From the NCBI GenBank assembly GCA_001797335.1, contig MGPE01000009.1:246-64245 (forward strand): a stretch of 64,000 bases of DNA, given 5' to 3'. This DNA is from Deltaproteobacteria bacterium GWA2_38_16. GTDB taxonomy: Bacteria > Bdellovibrionota > JACOXK01 > 2-02-FULL-40-11. A program made the translations under genes and the position numbers. Shown one piece after another: positions 23,196-33,175 of this stretch. Under the pieces are notes generated by a model. The model saw only the letters and a program-made list of their open reading frames with translations, was not told the origin of the DNA and made no database searches. Within the stretch, counting starts at the first letter, position 1, and every line of letters starts with the position of its first letter.

Positions 23196-23927
23196 CTAAA
23201 ATCTTAAATTATTAATCAACTGAATTTTATCCCTATCTACATATAAAATTTTATTACACATACTATTAATTAAATTAATATCATGCGAAACAAATAAGAT
23301 AGTTTTGTGATTACGATATGAATTCATGATTTCTAAAATACATTTTTTTTGAAAATTTTCATCTCCAACAGCCAATACTTCATCAGCAATCAAAATGTCA
23401 TAATCTACATGGATTGCTACAGAAAATGCTAAGCGCATAACCATACCTGATGAGTAATACTTAATCTTTGTATCGATAAACTTTCCAATTTCAGAAAAAT
23501 CTACCATTTTAAGAAAATGTTTCTGAATTTCTCTTTTTTTCATCCCCAAAATAGCCCCATAAAGAAATACATTTTCTCTTCCAGTAAGCTCAGGATGAAA
23601 TCCCGCTCCTAATTCTAAAAGAGGAGAAATCTTACCTTTTACAAATATTCTACCTTGATTTGGTTTTAAAATATTACATATTAATTTTAAAATTGTACTC
23701 TTTCCACAACCATTGGGACCAGTAATTCCAACAAAATCTCCTTTAAAAATAGAAAAATTAAGATCCGTAAACACATTATAAACCTGGGAATTTTTCTTTT
23801 TAAGAAATTTCGGAAAAGAAACAATCATTTCTTGAAATGTTAAATTTTTCTCAAAGTTTACTTTAAAAAATTTTTCAACTGACTCAAATTTAATAATAGA
23901 TTCTTGCATTTTATGCTCTTTCAACAA
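23196..23927 (-). CDS. ABC transporter ATP-binding protein of a polysaccharide/O-antigen exporter, Wzt/KpsT/TagH-like.
   Basis: Walker A GPNGCGKST. ABC signature YSSGMVMRL. Walker B ILIADEVLAVGD. Paired with the ABC-2 permease upstream. Confidence 0.88.
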   Translation of the reverse strand: MLKEHKMQESIIKFESVEKFFKVNFEKNLTFQEMIVSFPKFLKKKNSQVYNVFTDLNFSIFKGDFVGITGPNGCGKSTILKLICNILKPNQGRIFVKGKISPLLELGAGFHPELTGRENVFLYGAILGMKKREIQKHFLKMVDFSEIGKFIDTKIKYYSSGMVMRLAFSVAIHVDYDILIADEVLAVGDENFQKKCILEIMNSYRNHKTILFVSHDINLINSMCNKILYVDRDKIQLINNLRF

Positions 23928-24687
23928 ATTCCCATTCTTTTCTTTTAAAAAGGAAATATGAAATATACATGACTAAGAAAGAAAAAAAGCACACATAGAA
24001 CACATGGCCATTAAACTCAAAATTATTAAAAATAATAACTTGATGATAAAGATGGATGATTAAAGCAAATGGATTTAATAAATATAAGGTTCGATATTTT
24101 TGTGGAACTGCTTCAAGATGATATGCGATAGGGCACAGAAAAAACAAGAACTGAAAAACAACATTTAATATTAAGGGAACGTCCTTCAAATAAACCATTA
24201 ACATACTAAATAAAAAAGAACTTCCTAGGATTAAAAAAAACTGGACCATCATTAAAAATGGTAAAATAAAATAATAACTTGAAATATGAATATGAGTAAA
24301 ACAAATAATTGCTATTAACAGTATTGTCATAGAAATTAAGAAATGAATAAATTGACCTACTGCTATTGCAATGGGGAAAATCTCTCGCGGAAAGTACACT
24401 TTGTTAAGCAAGTGAAAATTATGAACTATTGATTCCGATGAATTGGTAATTGCAGTTGTGAAAAAAATCCAAGGGATAAGACCGCTTAATAAATAAATGA
24501 CATAGTGATCAATTTGAACCTTAAAAACATATTTAAAAACAAACGTATAGGTAACAACAAGACTTAAAGGATGTAAAATAGTCCAAAAGAATCCAAGATA
24601 TGAAGATTTATAACGATCCTTTAGATCTCTAACAACAAAACCTTCGATAACACCATAATATGAAATAATATTTTCAAATAATTGCAT
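23911..24687 (-). CDS. ABC-2 type polysaccharide export permease, Wzm/KpsM-like.
   Basis: Six TM helices. Overlaps the ATPase gene. Typical Wzm size. Confidence 0.8.
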   Translation of the reverse strand: MQLFENIISYYGVIEGFVVRDLKDRYKSSYLGFFWTILHPLSLVVTYTFVFKYVFKVQIDHYVIYLLSGLIPWIFFTTAITNSSESIVHNFHLLNKVYFPREIFPIAIAVGQFIHFLISMTILLIAIICFTHIHISSYYFILPFLMMVQFFLILGSSFLFSMLMVYLKDVPLILNVVFQFLFFLCPIAYHLEAVPQKYRTLYLLNPFALIIHLYHQVIIFNNFEFNGHVFYVCFFSFLVMYISYFLFKRKEWEFVERA

Positions 24688-24731
24688 TTTAAATACAAGA
24701 TTTTAAAGAATAAACAAAATTTTCTCTGCAC

Positions 24732-25031
24732 CTACATAGGCTTGTATTGTAAATTTAACCTATCTACCACACGAACATAAATGGGCATAACAGTTTTAGA
24801 AAGATACCGATTTCGCTGAAAAAAGAAAAATAAAGAAAGAGCAAATTTATTTTTTTTTAGAGCATAAAATAAATGCTGACGACTTGTCAAACTCATCTCT
24901 TGATAAGATTTAGTAGAGGCATCTATTCGCTCTTGTAATGTCTCAATGGTCTGAATCATATTTTGCTGCATATAAACCAGTTTTTCTTCATAATATTTAA
25001 CTTTTTTCTCTAGTTCTTCAATAGTTGCCAT
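24732..25031 (-). CDS. Small coiled-coil hypothetical protein.
   Basis: Heptad-rich N-terminus (EELEKKVKYYEEKLVYMQQNMIQTIETLQERID). Overlaps the upstream gene end by about 20 nt. Uncertain. Confidence 0.3.
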   Translation of the reverse strand: MATIEELEKKVKYYEEKLVYMQQNMIQTIETLQERIDASTKSYQEMSLTSRQHLFYALKKNKFALSLFFFFQRNRYLSKTVMPIYVRVVDRLNLQYKPM

Positions 25032-27277
25032 ATTTTATTCCTTTCTTCGCAATAAATCATGTTAACTTGTGGATTAACATATGAAACCACCGTTGCAATG
25101 TTACTTGTAACATGCATCAGATAATGACTTTTTGCCAAGAGTAACATATCTATTATAACTTGTTCTGCTAAACGAGTATCCCAATTATTGGGATCTAATG
25201 CCAACCTATGCTGAATTTGATGCCCATCGCATAATTGTTCTTCTCTGGATAATAAAGAAAAATGAGCATCTTGCTCAAGCGTTGTTCGAGGCACTACACT
25301 TACAAAAGTAAGATTTCTACCAAAGTGTTTTTGAAAAAGCTGAATAGTAGCCTCATGATCAGTAGCGAGAAAAACCACACAATTATTATTTGAAAAATCT
25401 TTAGCTTTTATAAGTCTATGAATTTTATCAATATATAAATTAACATCAGGCATGGTTTTATTAATCTGCTCCATGGCATGACTGGGATGGCGAACATGTG
25501 CTGCTATGACAATCTTATTGGTAAAATATTGCTGAGAAAAACATTCCACCTCATTCAAAATACTTTCTCTAATTCTAACATATTTTCTAAAATAAAAATG
25601 GTACCAATTGCGCCATTCTTGAAAATCTTTTCTCTTATACAACTCATACGCCTGGATATATGTTAATAAAGGTTCTCGTTTCTCATTAAAATCATCCACT
25701 AAAACTCCATCTGCATAAAGCCCTTCATCAGAATTATATACATCTTCACTTATATCTACAAAAGGAAGTGGTTTAAATAATTTTAGCCAAATATTTCCAT
25801 CTTCAGGCTTTCCATAACAAAAACTTTTTATTCCTTGTCCGTAAATTTTTTTGATTTGAGTAGGTCGCCAGTCAGGCAATACAATAGCTTTGGGATCTTC
25901 GTATAACTCCCAGACAAGATAAGACATAAATCTATTAAATAAAGAGAAAAAACCTCCATCATGTCCTGGAATAATTACTTTTTTGGGTTTATTTGTAATT
26001 TTCTTGCAATTTTCTCTAGAATGACTTTCCTGAATATCATAAATTTTAGTTTTTCCCTGGAGAAATAAATATTTTGAATACAGTTTTTTATTATTAGTTA
26101 CAAGTTTATCATCATCAATTCTATTGTGTTCCCCAAGTTCTATGGTGCATGGAGCAATAAGAGTCAGGTATTTTCTCTTTAAAAATTTATAAGAAAAATT
26201 TTTTGCCCATTCTTTTCGTTGCGCGATTAAATCATCTTTATAAAGAGCATGACGATTTTGATAACATACCTTTAAAGTAGAAATAATATCATCCAGAAAG
26301 GGTTTAAATTGAACTCCACTATATGTACCAAAAGACAGATGCTTACAATGAATTTGAGAATAATAAGCCGATACAGGAATATCACACACTACGGGTTGTA
26401 CTATTCCAGATTGACAAATTTCTTCTTGAGCAAATGCATGCGCAACAAGGAGAGGCTTGCCCAAGGCCAATGCTTCTCGAGGAATAATTGAATAACCCTC
26501 CCCACCACCTAAAGCAACATAACAATCAATGGAATCTAAATCATCATAATACTCTTCTTTTCGATTATAGTGCCCCGTTGAAATAGAAATGCTGGATGTT
26601 TTACTAAATTTTTTATTAGAGAAATATTTTTGATAATAACTTTGCTCCAAATATCCTGAAAAACGCAGCGTTAGCTGGACATGCGCGCTATCAAGTGGAA
26701 ATGCTTTTAAAAAAGCTTCTGTCAGTAAATGAAAATTTTTTCTTTCCTCTAAAAAACCAATTGATCCAAAAGTAAATTTTTTAGAAAAAAATCTTGGTTT
26801 TCTATCTATAAGCACCGCTAAATCTAGTGCCAAAGGTAAATAAAAAATTGGTTTTGAAATACCAGAATTTTTAAATATCGGGATAAGACACTCGGAAGGT
26901 ACAAGTACGGCGTCAAAATAGTTTTCTATAATAGCTACCCATTCGGAAGGTATTTTTGTGGATTCAAAGACACAATAGGCTAGTTTTATAACGGAATCTG
27001 GAATTTTTGTATAATTAGCATCGCCGATACCATTCCATAAGACGTCTGTGAAAATAGATATACCTTCTTTCAATGAATAACTATGCAAGTTTTGTGAAGA
27101 AATAATATTTACATTTTTAGGAAGCCCTTTCAGATTACTTTCAGGCCGGGTATTAATGAAGTTTAACTTGTTAATAAATTGATCATTAGTAGAAATTAAA
27201 TCAATAAAAGATCTACTATGCTGGCCAATACTGGTTATAGCATCAAACTTTCCAACTACATTGATACAATAATCCAT
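25010..27277 (-). CDS. Large multidomain glycosyltransferase, GT4-like domain plus a second C-terminal transferase-like domain.
   Basis: VALGGGEGYSIIPREALALGKPLL (GT4 E-x7-E region) in the N-terminal half. Long C-terminal extension. Adjacent to the Wzm/Wzt exporter. Confidence 0.6.
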   Translation of the reverse strand: MDYCINVVGKFDAITSIGQHSRSFIDLISTNDQFINKLNFINTRPESNLKGLPKNVNIISSQNLHSYSLKEGISIFTDVLWNGIGDANYTKIPDSVIKLAYCVFESTKIPSEWVAIIENYFDAVLVPSECLIPIFKNSGISKPIFYLPLALDLAVLIDRKPRFFSKKFTFGSIGFLEERKNFHLLTEAFLKAFPLDSAHVQLTLRFSGYLEQSYYQKYFSNKKFSKTSSISISTGHYNRKEEYYDDLDSIDCYVALGGGEGYSIIPREALALGKPLLVAHAFAQEEICQSGIVQPVVCDIPVSAYYSQIHCKHLSFGTYSGVQFKPFLDDIISTLKVCYQNRHALYKDDLIAQRKEWAKNFSYKFLKRKYLTLIAPCTIELGEHNRIDDDKLVTNNKKLYSKYLFLQGKTKIYDIQESHSRENCKKITNKPKKVIIPGHDGGFFSLFNRFMSYLVWELYEDPKAIVLPDWRPTQIKKIYGQGIKSFCYGKPEDGNIWLKLFKPLPFVDISEDVYNSDEGLYADGVLVDDFNEKREPLLTYIQAYELYKRKDFQEWRNWYHFYFRKYVRIRESILNEVECFSQQYFTNKIVIAAHVRHPSHAMEQINKTMPDVNLYIDKIHRLIKAKDFSNNNCVVFLATDHEATIQLFQKHFGRNLTFVSVVPRTTLEQDAHFSLLSREEQLCDGHQIQHRLALDPNNWDTRLAEQVIIDMLLLAKSHYLMHVTSNIATVVSYVNPQVNMIYCEERNKIWQLLKN

Positions 27278-27300
27278 ATTATATCACATCTAACTAATCA

Positions 27301-28290
27301 TCATAACATATTCTTAAAATATAATAATATACGTCCTATGCCTTCTTCTAAATTTATACTTGGACTAAAACCTAATTCTTTTTGAAGCGCCACATCCCCG
27401 CCTCTCGCAAATACACCTTCAGGCATTTCTGACATTCCTGAAATAATTGGATCATGGTATCCTAATAATTTTATCACCACTTTTGAAAAGTGGACAAAAG
27501 ACGTTAAAATACCCGTTGATAGATTTATAGCTCTTCCATTATTTATTTTATCTTTTGTAATCAAGATACCTCTCACACAGTCATCAATATGAATAAAATC
27601 CCTCATCTGATAACCAGATCCCCAAACTTTAAATAATTTTTGTTGCTTGTTTTGAAGCTCCAATGCACGCAAACATAATGAAGGTACTGGATATGACCAA
27701 TCTTGATCTTCCCCATATCCAGAAAAAGGTCTATAGATCACACTCTTTAAATCATGCCTTTCATAAGCCAAGTGGGCTAGAAATTCTCCTGTTAACTTAG
27801 CCCAACCATAGGTTAAATCAGGAACACCAATAGTTTGAGAAAAATTAATATCATCTTCTTTTAAAAGACGAAAATTATCTTTCTCTTGAAGTTTTATTGG
27901 ATAGGCTGCGCTTGAGCTAAAATAAATAGTTTTTGGAATTTTATTTTGTTTAGCCCATTGCCAATAAGCCGAATCTATAGACAAATCCTCGGCTATGGCC
28001 AACGGATTTTTTTCTATCATCATTCTTCCACCCACAACAGCCGCTAAATGATACACCTCATCAAAGTATTCATTAGCGCATTGTACAAAAAAATTCCGAC
28101 AATCCTCTTGATAAAAAACAAAATTATGAAAATCGAGTGGATTAAATTGATACCATCCTTCTTGAGGATGCTTCCCTCCACATTCTTTCATCAAATTATC
28201 TACACAAACAACATCATAACCTTTTTCCAAAAAAATCTTACAAAAGCGCCGTCCAACAAATCCTGCACCCCCTGTTATAAGAACTCTCAT
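27301..28290 (-). CDS. NAD-dependent epimerase/dehydratase, extended SDR (nucleotide-sugar modifying).
   Basis: MRVLITGGAGFVGRRF Rossmann motif and a YxxxK-containing core. Confidence 0.85.
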   Translation of the reverse strand: MRVLITGGAGFVGRRFCKIFLEKGYDVVCVDNLMKECGGKHPQEGWYQFNPLDFHNFVFYQEDCRNFFVQCANEYFDEVYHLAAVVGGRMMIEKNPLAIAEDLSIDSAYWQWAKQNKIPKTIYFSSSAAYPIKLQEKDNFRLLKEDDINFSQTIGVPDLTYGWAKLTGEFLAHLAYERHDLKSVIYRPFSGYGEDQDWSYPVPSLCLRALELQNKQQKLFKVWGSGYQMRDFIHIDDCVRGILITKDKINNGRAINLSTGILTSFVHFSKVVIKLLGYHDPIISGMSEMPEGVFARGGDVALQKELGFSPSINLEEGIGRILLYFKNML

Positions 28291-29432
28291 GATTGTACTA
28301 CCTTTTCATAAATTTTTACGGTCTGCAAAGCACAATTTTCCCAAGAAAATTGTTTTGCTCTTATATACCCTTTTTCAATTAAACGTTGACGAAGGCTAGA
28401 ATCATTTAAAACTTGCCACATTCCATCTGCTATATCTTCCACATCCTCTGGATCTACAAAATAAGCGGCATCCCCTGAAATTTCTTTTGGGGCACTACAA
28501 TTTGAAGCTACCACAGGAGTTCCACATGACATTGCTTCTAAAAGTGGCAAACCAAAGCCTTCTATCAGTGAAGGAAAGACAAAAAGAGAAGCCTTTTCAT
28601 AAAAAGACTTAAGTTGTGAAAATGAAGGATTTTCAATAAACATAATATGCTGTTTCAAACCTAATTCTTTAACTTTTTCTATAATTTTAGAATAATAAGT
28701 TCCCTTCATGCCTACAAGATAAAGAAGATGCCCTAAGCCTTTTTTATTTACAAGAAAATGATATGCTTGAATAAGACGAATCAAATTCTTATGGGAAGCG
28801 GTTCTTCCTACCCACAAAATATAACTTTGAGACATAGAGGGTAAAAATTTCGGGGGACTCAACATAAAAGATGGGAGACCATTATAAATTACTTTAATTT
28901 TTCCCTCCGGAATTCTTATGTGCTCTAAGATATCTGTTTTAGAAGTTTCTGAAACGGTAATCACATAGGAGGATTGCATTGCTCCTCTTCTAATAGCTCC
29001 TTGCCAAAATTTTCTATCATAAAACGCTGTAACTGAAGAAGCTGCTTTAAAAGAAATGGCATCATGAACAGTAATTACAAAAGGACAGGGCACAAATAAA
29101 ACTCCCTGATTTGCTGGAAAATGTAATACATCGATATTAAATTGTTTTAAAAATGAATAAAAAAAAAGATTTCTCCAAAGTAGGGTCAACTTCAAATATT
29201 GATGAGAAACGGGGCATTTAACATAACAAAAATTTGGTGCAGAAACCCCATAGTAGTCTCCTGCATCATGATGAACAAAAATCGTATATTGGTTTTGTTG
29301 ATCAATAGCAGCTAAGGCAGAAATAAGTTCTTTTGTATATATCTGGAGGCCTCCTGTATCACCAATCCTCATTCCTAAAGTATCAATCCCGATATGCATA
29401 CAGTAAAGCCATAGCAGAGAGCAAGAAAACAC
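28287..29432 (-). CDS. Glycosyltransferase family 4. The likely real start is the internal MHIGIDTLG at about 29399.
   Basis: C-terminal ...ASLFVFPSLIEGFGLPLLEAMSCGTPVVASN GT4 motif. MHIGID resembles the canonical GT4 start MRIGID. Confidence 0.8.
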   Translation of the reverse strand: MFSCSLLWLYCMHIGIDTLGMRIGDTGGLQIYTKELISALAAIDQQNQYTIFVHHDAGDYYGVSAPNFCYVKCPVSHQYLKLTLLWRNLFFYSFLKQFNIDVLHFPANQGVLFVPCPFVITVHDAISFKAASSVTAFYDRKFWQGAIRRGAMQSSYVITVSETSKTDILEHIRIPEGKIKVIYNGLPSFMLSPPKFLPSMSQSYILWVGRTASHKNLIRLIQAYHFLVNKKGLGHLLYLVGMKGTYYSKIIEKVKELGLKQHIMFIENPSFSQLKSFYEKASLFVFPSLIEGFGLPLLEAMSCGTPVVASNCSAPKEISGDAAYFVDPEDVEDIADGMWQVLNDSSLRQRLIEKGYIRAKQFSWENCALQTVKIYEKVVQS

Positions 29433-29433
29433 C
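29387..29433. repeat. Left copy of a roughly 47-bp direct repeat flanking the AAA ATPase gene. It spans the GT4 start region.
   Basis: CCCGATATGCATACAGTAAAGCCATAGCAGAGAGCAAGAAAACACCC versus the copy at 30707-30753. About 83% identity. Confidence 0.6.
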
Positions 29434-29447
29434 CAAGATGAAAATAA

Positions 29448-30629
29448 TTAAAAAATATGCCCTTTAAAAAGTTTTTCTAAAAATGTTAAAATGGGCAACA
29501 CTTGTAAATCATGATAGGTTAAGATTTCTTTTCCCATATATACTCCATAAGCCTTAATGATATTAATCCCTTTTCGTCCCTGTAGAGATAAGATAGGCTT
29601 AAACCATTCTGATTTCCACTTTTTACTATATTTTACTTCAATACAGATAATTTCAGCTGGTTTATTTATCTTTTGTTTTGTTAATTCTATAATAAAATCA
29701 ATTTCACTCCCTTGAGTTGTCCGATAAAAAAAAAGTCCCCGATGTTTCTTACTATATTCATTATAAACTCTAAGTTCATGAAAAAAAATTGTCTCTAATG
29801 CCGTACCTGCCCATATTTCATCCATCGGTTCATACACAAGGTTTGAAGCTGCCCGGGCAACACCAGGATCAAACCAGTAAAACTTAGAATGTGTTACTTC
29901 GCGAACTTTAAGATTCGGTCTATAGGAAGATAAAAAATGTCCCAAAAGAGTATCACTTAATATGCCAAAATAATTATCTACATTACTCCTTGAAATCATT
30001 GCATCTCGTGAAATATTAGAGGCATTGATCTGCTGACCATTGAGTTTACCTGCCACTTCTAAAAATCTTAAAAATGGGTCTAGTTTTCTCACTACCCCTT
30101 CTTCTTTAATTTCTTCTTTTATATAGGTATGAACATAGGTCTGTAAGGTTTCAGCTGCATCTTCTGGATAAAGATGTACAAGGGGTAATAAACCATATTG
30201 AATGGCTCGACCAAGATTATATTGATGACCTAATTCACCGTAAGAAAATTGTTCCATATTTTTTGTCAGTGCACGTCCAGCCAATAAATTAGCTCCCTCT
30301 CGCTTCAGTTTACGGGCAGACGAACCACTTAAAGCAAATTTTAAATGCCGCTCTTCCATAAGGCGATGTACCTCATCCAAGAGGCGAGGCACTTTTTGTA
30401 CTTCATCGATCCATATCCATTCAGGAGGATTATTCCCAATAAGAGATTCTAATTCCTCAGGATGAGCACTAAGACGAACTTGAAGGTCTGTTTTCAATAA
30501 ATCAAATCTTTGAGCATTCAACAAAGCGTGGTCAAGCCAGGTACTTTTTCCTACTCCCCTGGGACCAAATAAAAAAAAGGACCTATTGGGCACTGTCAAA
30601 AGACGAGAGATAGAATGCAGTTTCTTCAT
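29448..30629 (-). CDS. AAA-family ATPase of the DUF4143 type (AAA_14 + DUF4143 architecture).
   Basis: Walker A LFGPRGVGKST and Walker B IWIDEVQ. Typical architecture of the widespread stand-alone ATPase family. Flanked by direct repeats. Has its own palindromic upstream region. Confidence 0.75.
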   Translation of the reverse strand: MKKLHSISRLLTVPNRSFFLFGPRGVGKSTWLDHALLNAQRFDLLKTDLQVRLSAHPEELESLIGNNPPEWIWIDEVQKVPRLLDEVHRLMEERHLKFALSGSSARKLKREGANLLAGRALTKNMEQFSYGELGHQYNLGRAIQYGLLPLVHLYPEDAAETLQTYVHTYIKEEIKEEGVVRKLDPFLRFLEVAGKLNGQQINASNISRDAMISRSNVDNYFGILSDTLLGHFLSSYRPNLKVREVTHSKFYWFDPGVARAASNLVYEPMDEIWAGTALETIFFHELRVYNEYSKKHRGLFFYRTTQGSEIDFIIELTKQKINKPAEIICIEVKYSKKWKSEWFKPILSLQGRKGINIIKAYGVYMGKEILTYHDLQVLPILTFLEKLFKGHIF

Positions 30630-30630
30630 A

Positions 30631-30664
30631 ATTGCATTTTAACATTATAATATAAAAATGCAAT
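30631..30664. promoter_or_regulatory. Palindrome ATTGCATTTT-N14-AAAATGCAAT directly upstream of the AAA ATPase gene. The spacer contains TATAAT. Candidate promoter/operator.
   Basis: Perfect 10-bp inverted repeat read directly. A third half-site, AAAATGCATT, follows at about 30686. Confidence 0.4.
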
Positions 30665-30851
30665 GCAAATTTACATCATAGCATAAAAATGCATTAACCC
30701 TTGTTCCGATACGCATAGGGTAAGGCGATAGCAGAGAGCGAGAAAACACCCAAAACAAAAGTAAAGAGAATAAGTCGAAAGGTAAACCTTTCCCTAGGAT
30801 AAACATAAATAGCCTTAACAAACCAAAGATTAAAAATGTTATCATCTGCAT
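30645..30851 (-). pseudogene. Remnant duplicate of the GT4 5' end (MRIGT...) within the right-hand direct repeat. Not a functional gene.
   Basis: Encodes ...PMRIGTRVNAF, matching the GT4 start MHIGIDTLG of the left repeat copy. Overlaps the 3' end of the 510-aa membrane protein gene. Confidence 0.4.
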
Positions 30852-32226
30852 TTTTATCTAACACTTCTTTTAAAGCCGTTTTATCAATAATTTCTGTATT
30901 TCTGGCATATAATTTTTTCAAACTATCCTCTGAAACATGCCTCCATTCAAATGTTTTCATCCGTTTCAAAAAATAGGGAATCCCCTTCCCTAATTGATAA
31001 ATCGCATTTAATTTTGGATCGTTATAGTAACGAACCGCGTCTAGCTTATGATAAAAATATTGGGGTAAATCATACCTATAATTAGTCATATGTACATAAT
31101 AAGTATAGCCTACTAATACTCCAACCATTTGAAATAGTATCCCTATAGACACCAAAATAGAGCAGATATATTTAATATATCGATTTAAAAAATTAAAGCT
31201 CTCTGCAAGAAATAATAAACAAAAAGGAATTATGACCAATAAATATCTGGGTCCCCAGACAGGATCTCCAGCAAAAAAACGAACATTGGCATAAAAAATA
31301 ATATAGCTTGTACTTAGCAAGAAAATCGTCATAGCTTCCGTTTTAAATTTTTTATAGAAAAAGGGGAATAAAAAAACGCTCAAAAGTAAAATAGGATTAA
31401 AAATAAAAATACTTTTCCCAGGACTCAATAAAAGTCCTCGTAAACCATTTAAAAATGGTTTTAAAGAAACCATTTCAAAATAGGCATTCGCCCACCAAGA
31501 AAAATTGGCCCATGTAATAGAAAGTTTAAAAAATAAAAAAATAATGATGGGCATCAAAATAAAAGCCGGATATATAAATACTTTTTTAACATCGGCTTTT
31601 GTTTGAATGAGCAAAAAAATCCATGCTGGTAGTGTGAGTACAAACGTATATCGGGTTATAAATCCTAGAATCATCATCATTAAAGAAATATAAAAATAAC
31701 GATACAACTTTAATTTTTGAAATTTTAAGAGAAAATAAAATGTGGCCAATGCAAAAAAACCTTCCTGAACAGCATCATGCATGGATTTTGAATACACCCA
31801 CACCATCGTTGAAAAAGCCAAGATAAAGGTCATTGTAAAACTTATTTTTTTAGAATAATTGAGGAGCAGTAAAAGATTAAAAAAGAAAAGACATAGGCCT
31901 GCCGCAAAAAAAGCATTTAAAAAAGTACTAAAAAAGTGCCCTCCGTGTAAAATACCAGGCCCTAACCAATTTCCTAAAGCATAAAGAGGAATAAATCCAA
32001 ATACCTGTCCCCAATGCATATTTGGAAATTGAGATAATCTAATCAGATCTTGCTCATGATATCCTGTATAACGAAAACCTTCTTGAAAATCAGGAGGACT
32101 TTTAATAACTAAAGATTGAGCTTGTTTATAACGCACCCATCCATCTAGACAATCAAAATCACCCGCAGCTGTTAAAAGAAAACAAGAAAGCAAGAAAAGA
32201 AATAAGATAAGGTTACGTAACATCAA
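30694..32226 (-). CDS. Polytopic membrane protein. Possible GT-C type glycosyltransferase (ArnT/PMT-like) or polymerase.
   Basis: More than 10 predicted TM helices. Located in the glycan locus. No strong motif identified. Confidence 0.5.
   Translation of the reverse strand: MMLRNLILFLFLLSCFLLTAAGDFDCLDGWVRYKQAQSLVIKSPPDFQEGFRYTGYHEQDLIRLSQFPNMHWGQVFGFIPLYALGNWLGPGILHGGHFFSTFLNAFFAAGLCLFFFNLLLLLNYSKKISFTMTFILAFSTMVWVYSKSMHDAVQEGFFALATFYFLLKFQKLKLYRYFYISLMMMILGFITRYTFVLTLPAWIFLLIQTKADVKKVFIYPAFILMPIIIFLFFKLSITWANFSWWANAYFEMVSLKPFLNGLRGLLLSPGKSIFIFNPILLLSVFLFPFFYKKFKTEAMTIFLLSTSYIIFYANVRFFAGDPVWGPRYLLVIIPFCLLFLAESFNFLNRYIKYICSILVSIGILFQMVGVLVGYTYYVHMTNYRYDLPQYFYHKLDAVRYYNDPKLNAIYQLGKGIPYFLKRMKTFEWRHVSEDSLKKLYARNTEIIDKTALKEVLDKNADDNIFNLWFVKAIYVYPRERFTFRLILFTFVLGVFSLSAIALPYAYRNKG
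30707..30753. repeat. Right copy of the roughly 47-bp direct repeat flanking the AAA ATPase gene. It lies in the 3' end of the membrane protein gene.
   Basis: TCCGATACGCATAGGGTAAGGCGATAGCAGAGAGCGAGAAAACACCC. Confidence 0.6.
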
Positions 32227-32263
32227 AAAAATTTAACCTAAAACCAAGAACCTTAACTAAGCG

Positions 32264-33163
32264 TTAGGGATTATTCCCTGGAGCAGGATTATCCGGATTA
32301 GCAGCTCCTTCGGTTGTACCACCAGCTTGTATGTCTTGAGCAGCACTCGTCCCCGACGAAATCGCTGCAGCTACTTGAGTGCTATCTGCCGCACCAGCTG
32401 GGTTAGTACTGGGACTTGTTGTTTCAGTTGCGGTTTGAGCCGTCGTCGCAGGAGTAGCAAGAGGTGCAGTAGGCGTTGCAATGCTAGGAATCTTATTCTC
32501 AGGTGGTGCAGTAATAGTTACTGTTGTTATAGTATTTCCTTTTTCATCAACAATCGCAGCCATTCCATTTTGAACTCTTTCAGGATTTAAAAATGCGCTA
32601 TCTGAGGGTTTATATACAGTGATATATCCATCATAACTATTCACTTTTACGCTCCCCATTGCGAGGTGCTCGGTTATAACATCAGATCCTCGCACACCTA
32701 CGGTTACCGCAGGTGTTACAACCCGTATTTCATCTCCTGTTTTTAATCCCTTGGCTAAGGTTCTTAAAATTCCTTGGGTATGCTGAACCACGACTTTTTT
32801 ATTTCCAGCCTTATCAACAATGGCCTTATCAATTTTAAACTTAGAATTTTCATAAATAAAAAAAGCCAATTGCTCTTTTGATTTTTTGCCTTCATCTAAA
32901 AGCACTCGGACAGCACTATTAGGACCGGTTGTAATCCAATCATCATAAAACAAGGGGTCATTGAGTTTTAGAATAACTGTTTTAGCTTCTCTCGTATATT
33001 TTAGTTCATTGACCTTTCCCGAAACTTCAATCACCTTACCCGCTGGGACCAAGGCTCCATGGAGTTGGTACTGATGATAGAGAAGTGTGGGTATGGTAAA
33101 TAACACCACCAACATAAAGATAACTGTATAGTGAATTTTCCCAAATTGATTAAGTTTTTTCAT
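32264..33163 (-). CDS. Membrane-anchored periplasmic protein with a FecR-like beta domain and a Pro/Thr/Ala-rich low-complexity C-terminal tail.
   Basis: N-terminal TM (TVIFMLVVLFTIPTLLY). Middle beta-rich domain. C-terminal ATPTAPLATPATTAQTATETTSPSTNPAGAAD tail. Confidence 0.5.
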   Translation of the reverse strand: MKKLNQFGKIHYTVIFMLVVLFTIPTLLYHQYQLHGALVPAGKVIEVSGKVNELKYTREAKTVILKLNDPLFYDDWITTGPNSAVRVLLDEGKKSKEQLAFFIYENSKFKIDKAIVDKAGNKKVVVQHTQGILRTLAKGLKTGDEIRVVTPAVTVGVRGSDVITEHLAMGSVKVNSYDGYITVYKPSDSAFLNPERVQNGMAAIVDEKGNTITTVTITAPPENKIPSIATPTAPLATPATTAQTATETTSPSTNPAGAADSTQVAAAISSGTSAAQDIQAGGTTEGAANPDNPAPGNNP

Positions 33164-33175
33164 GATCGATCCTCC

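Noticed and set aside
32290-32480. A second GC-rich island, inside the gene at 32264-33163.
   Set aside because: The GC richness comes from Pro/Thr/Ala codons of a low-complexity linker. No terminal inverted repeats and no palindromic core, so it is compositional and not a mobile element.
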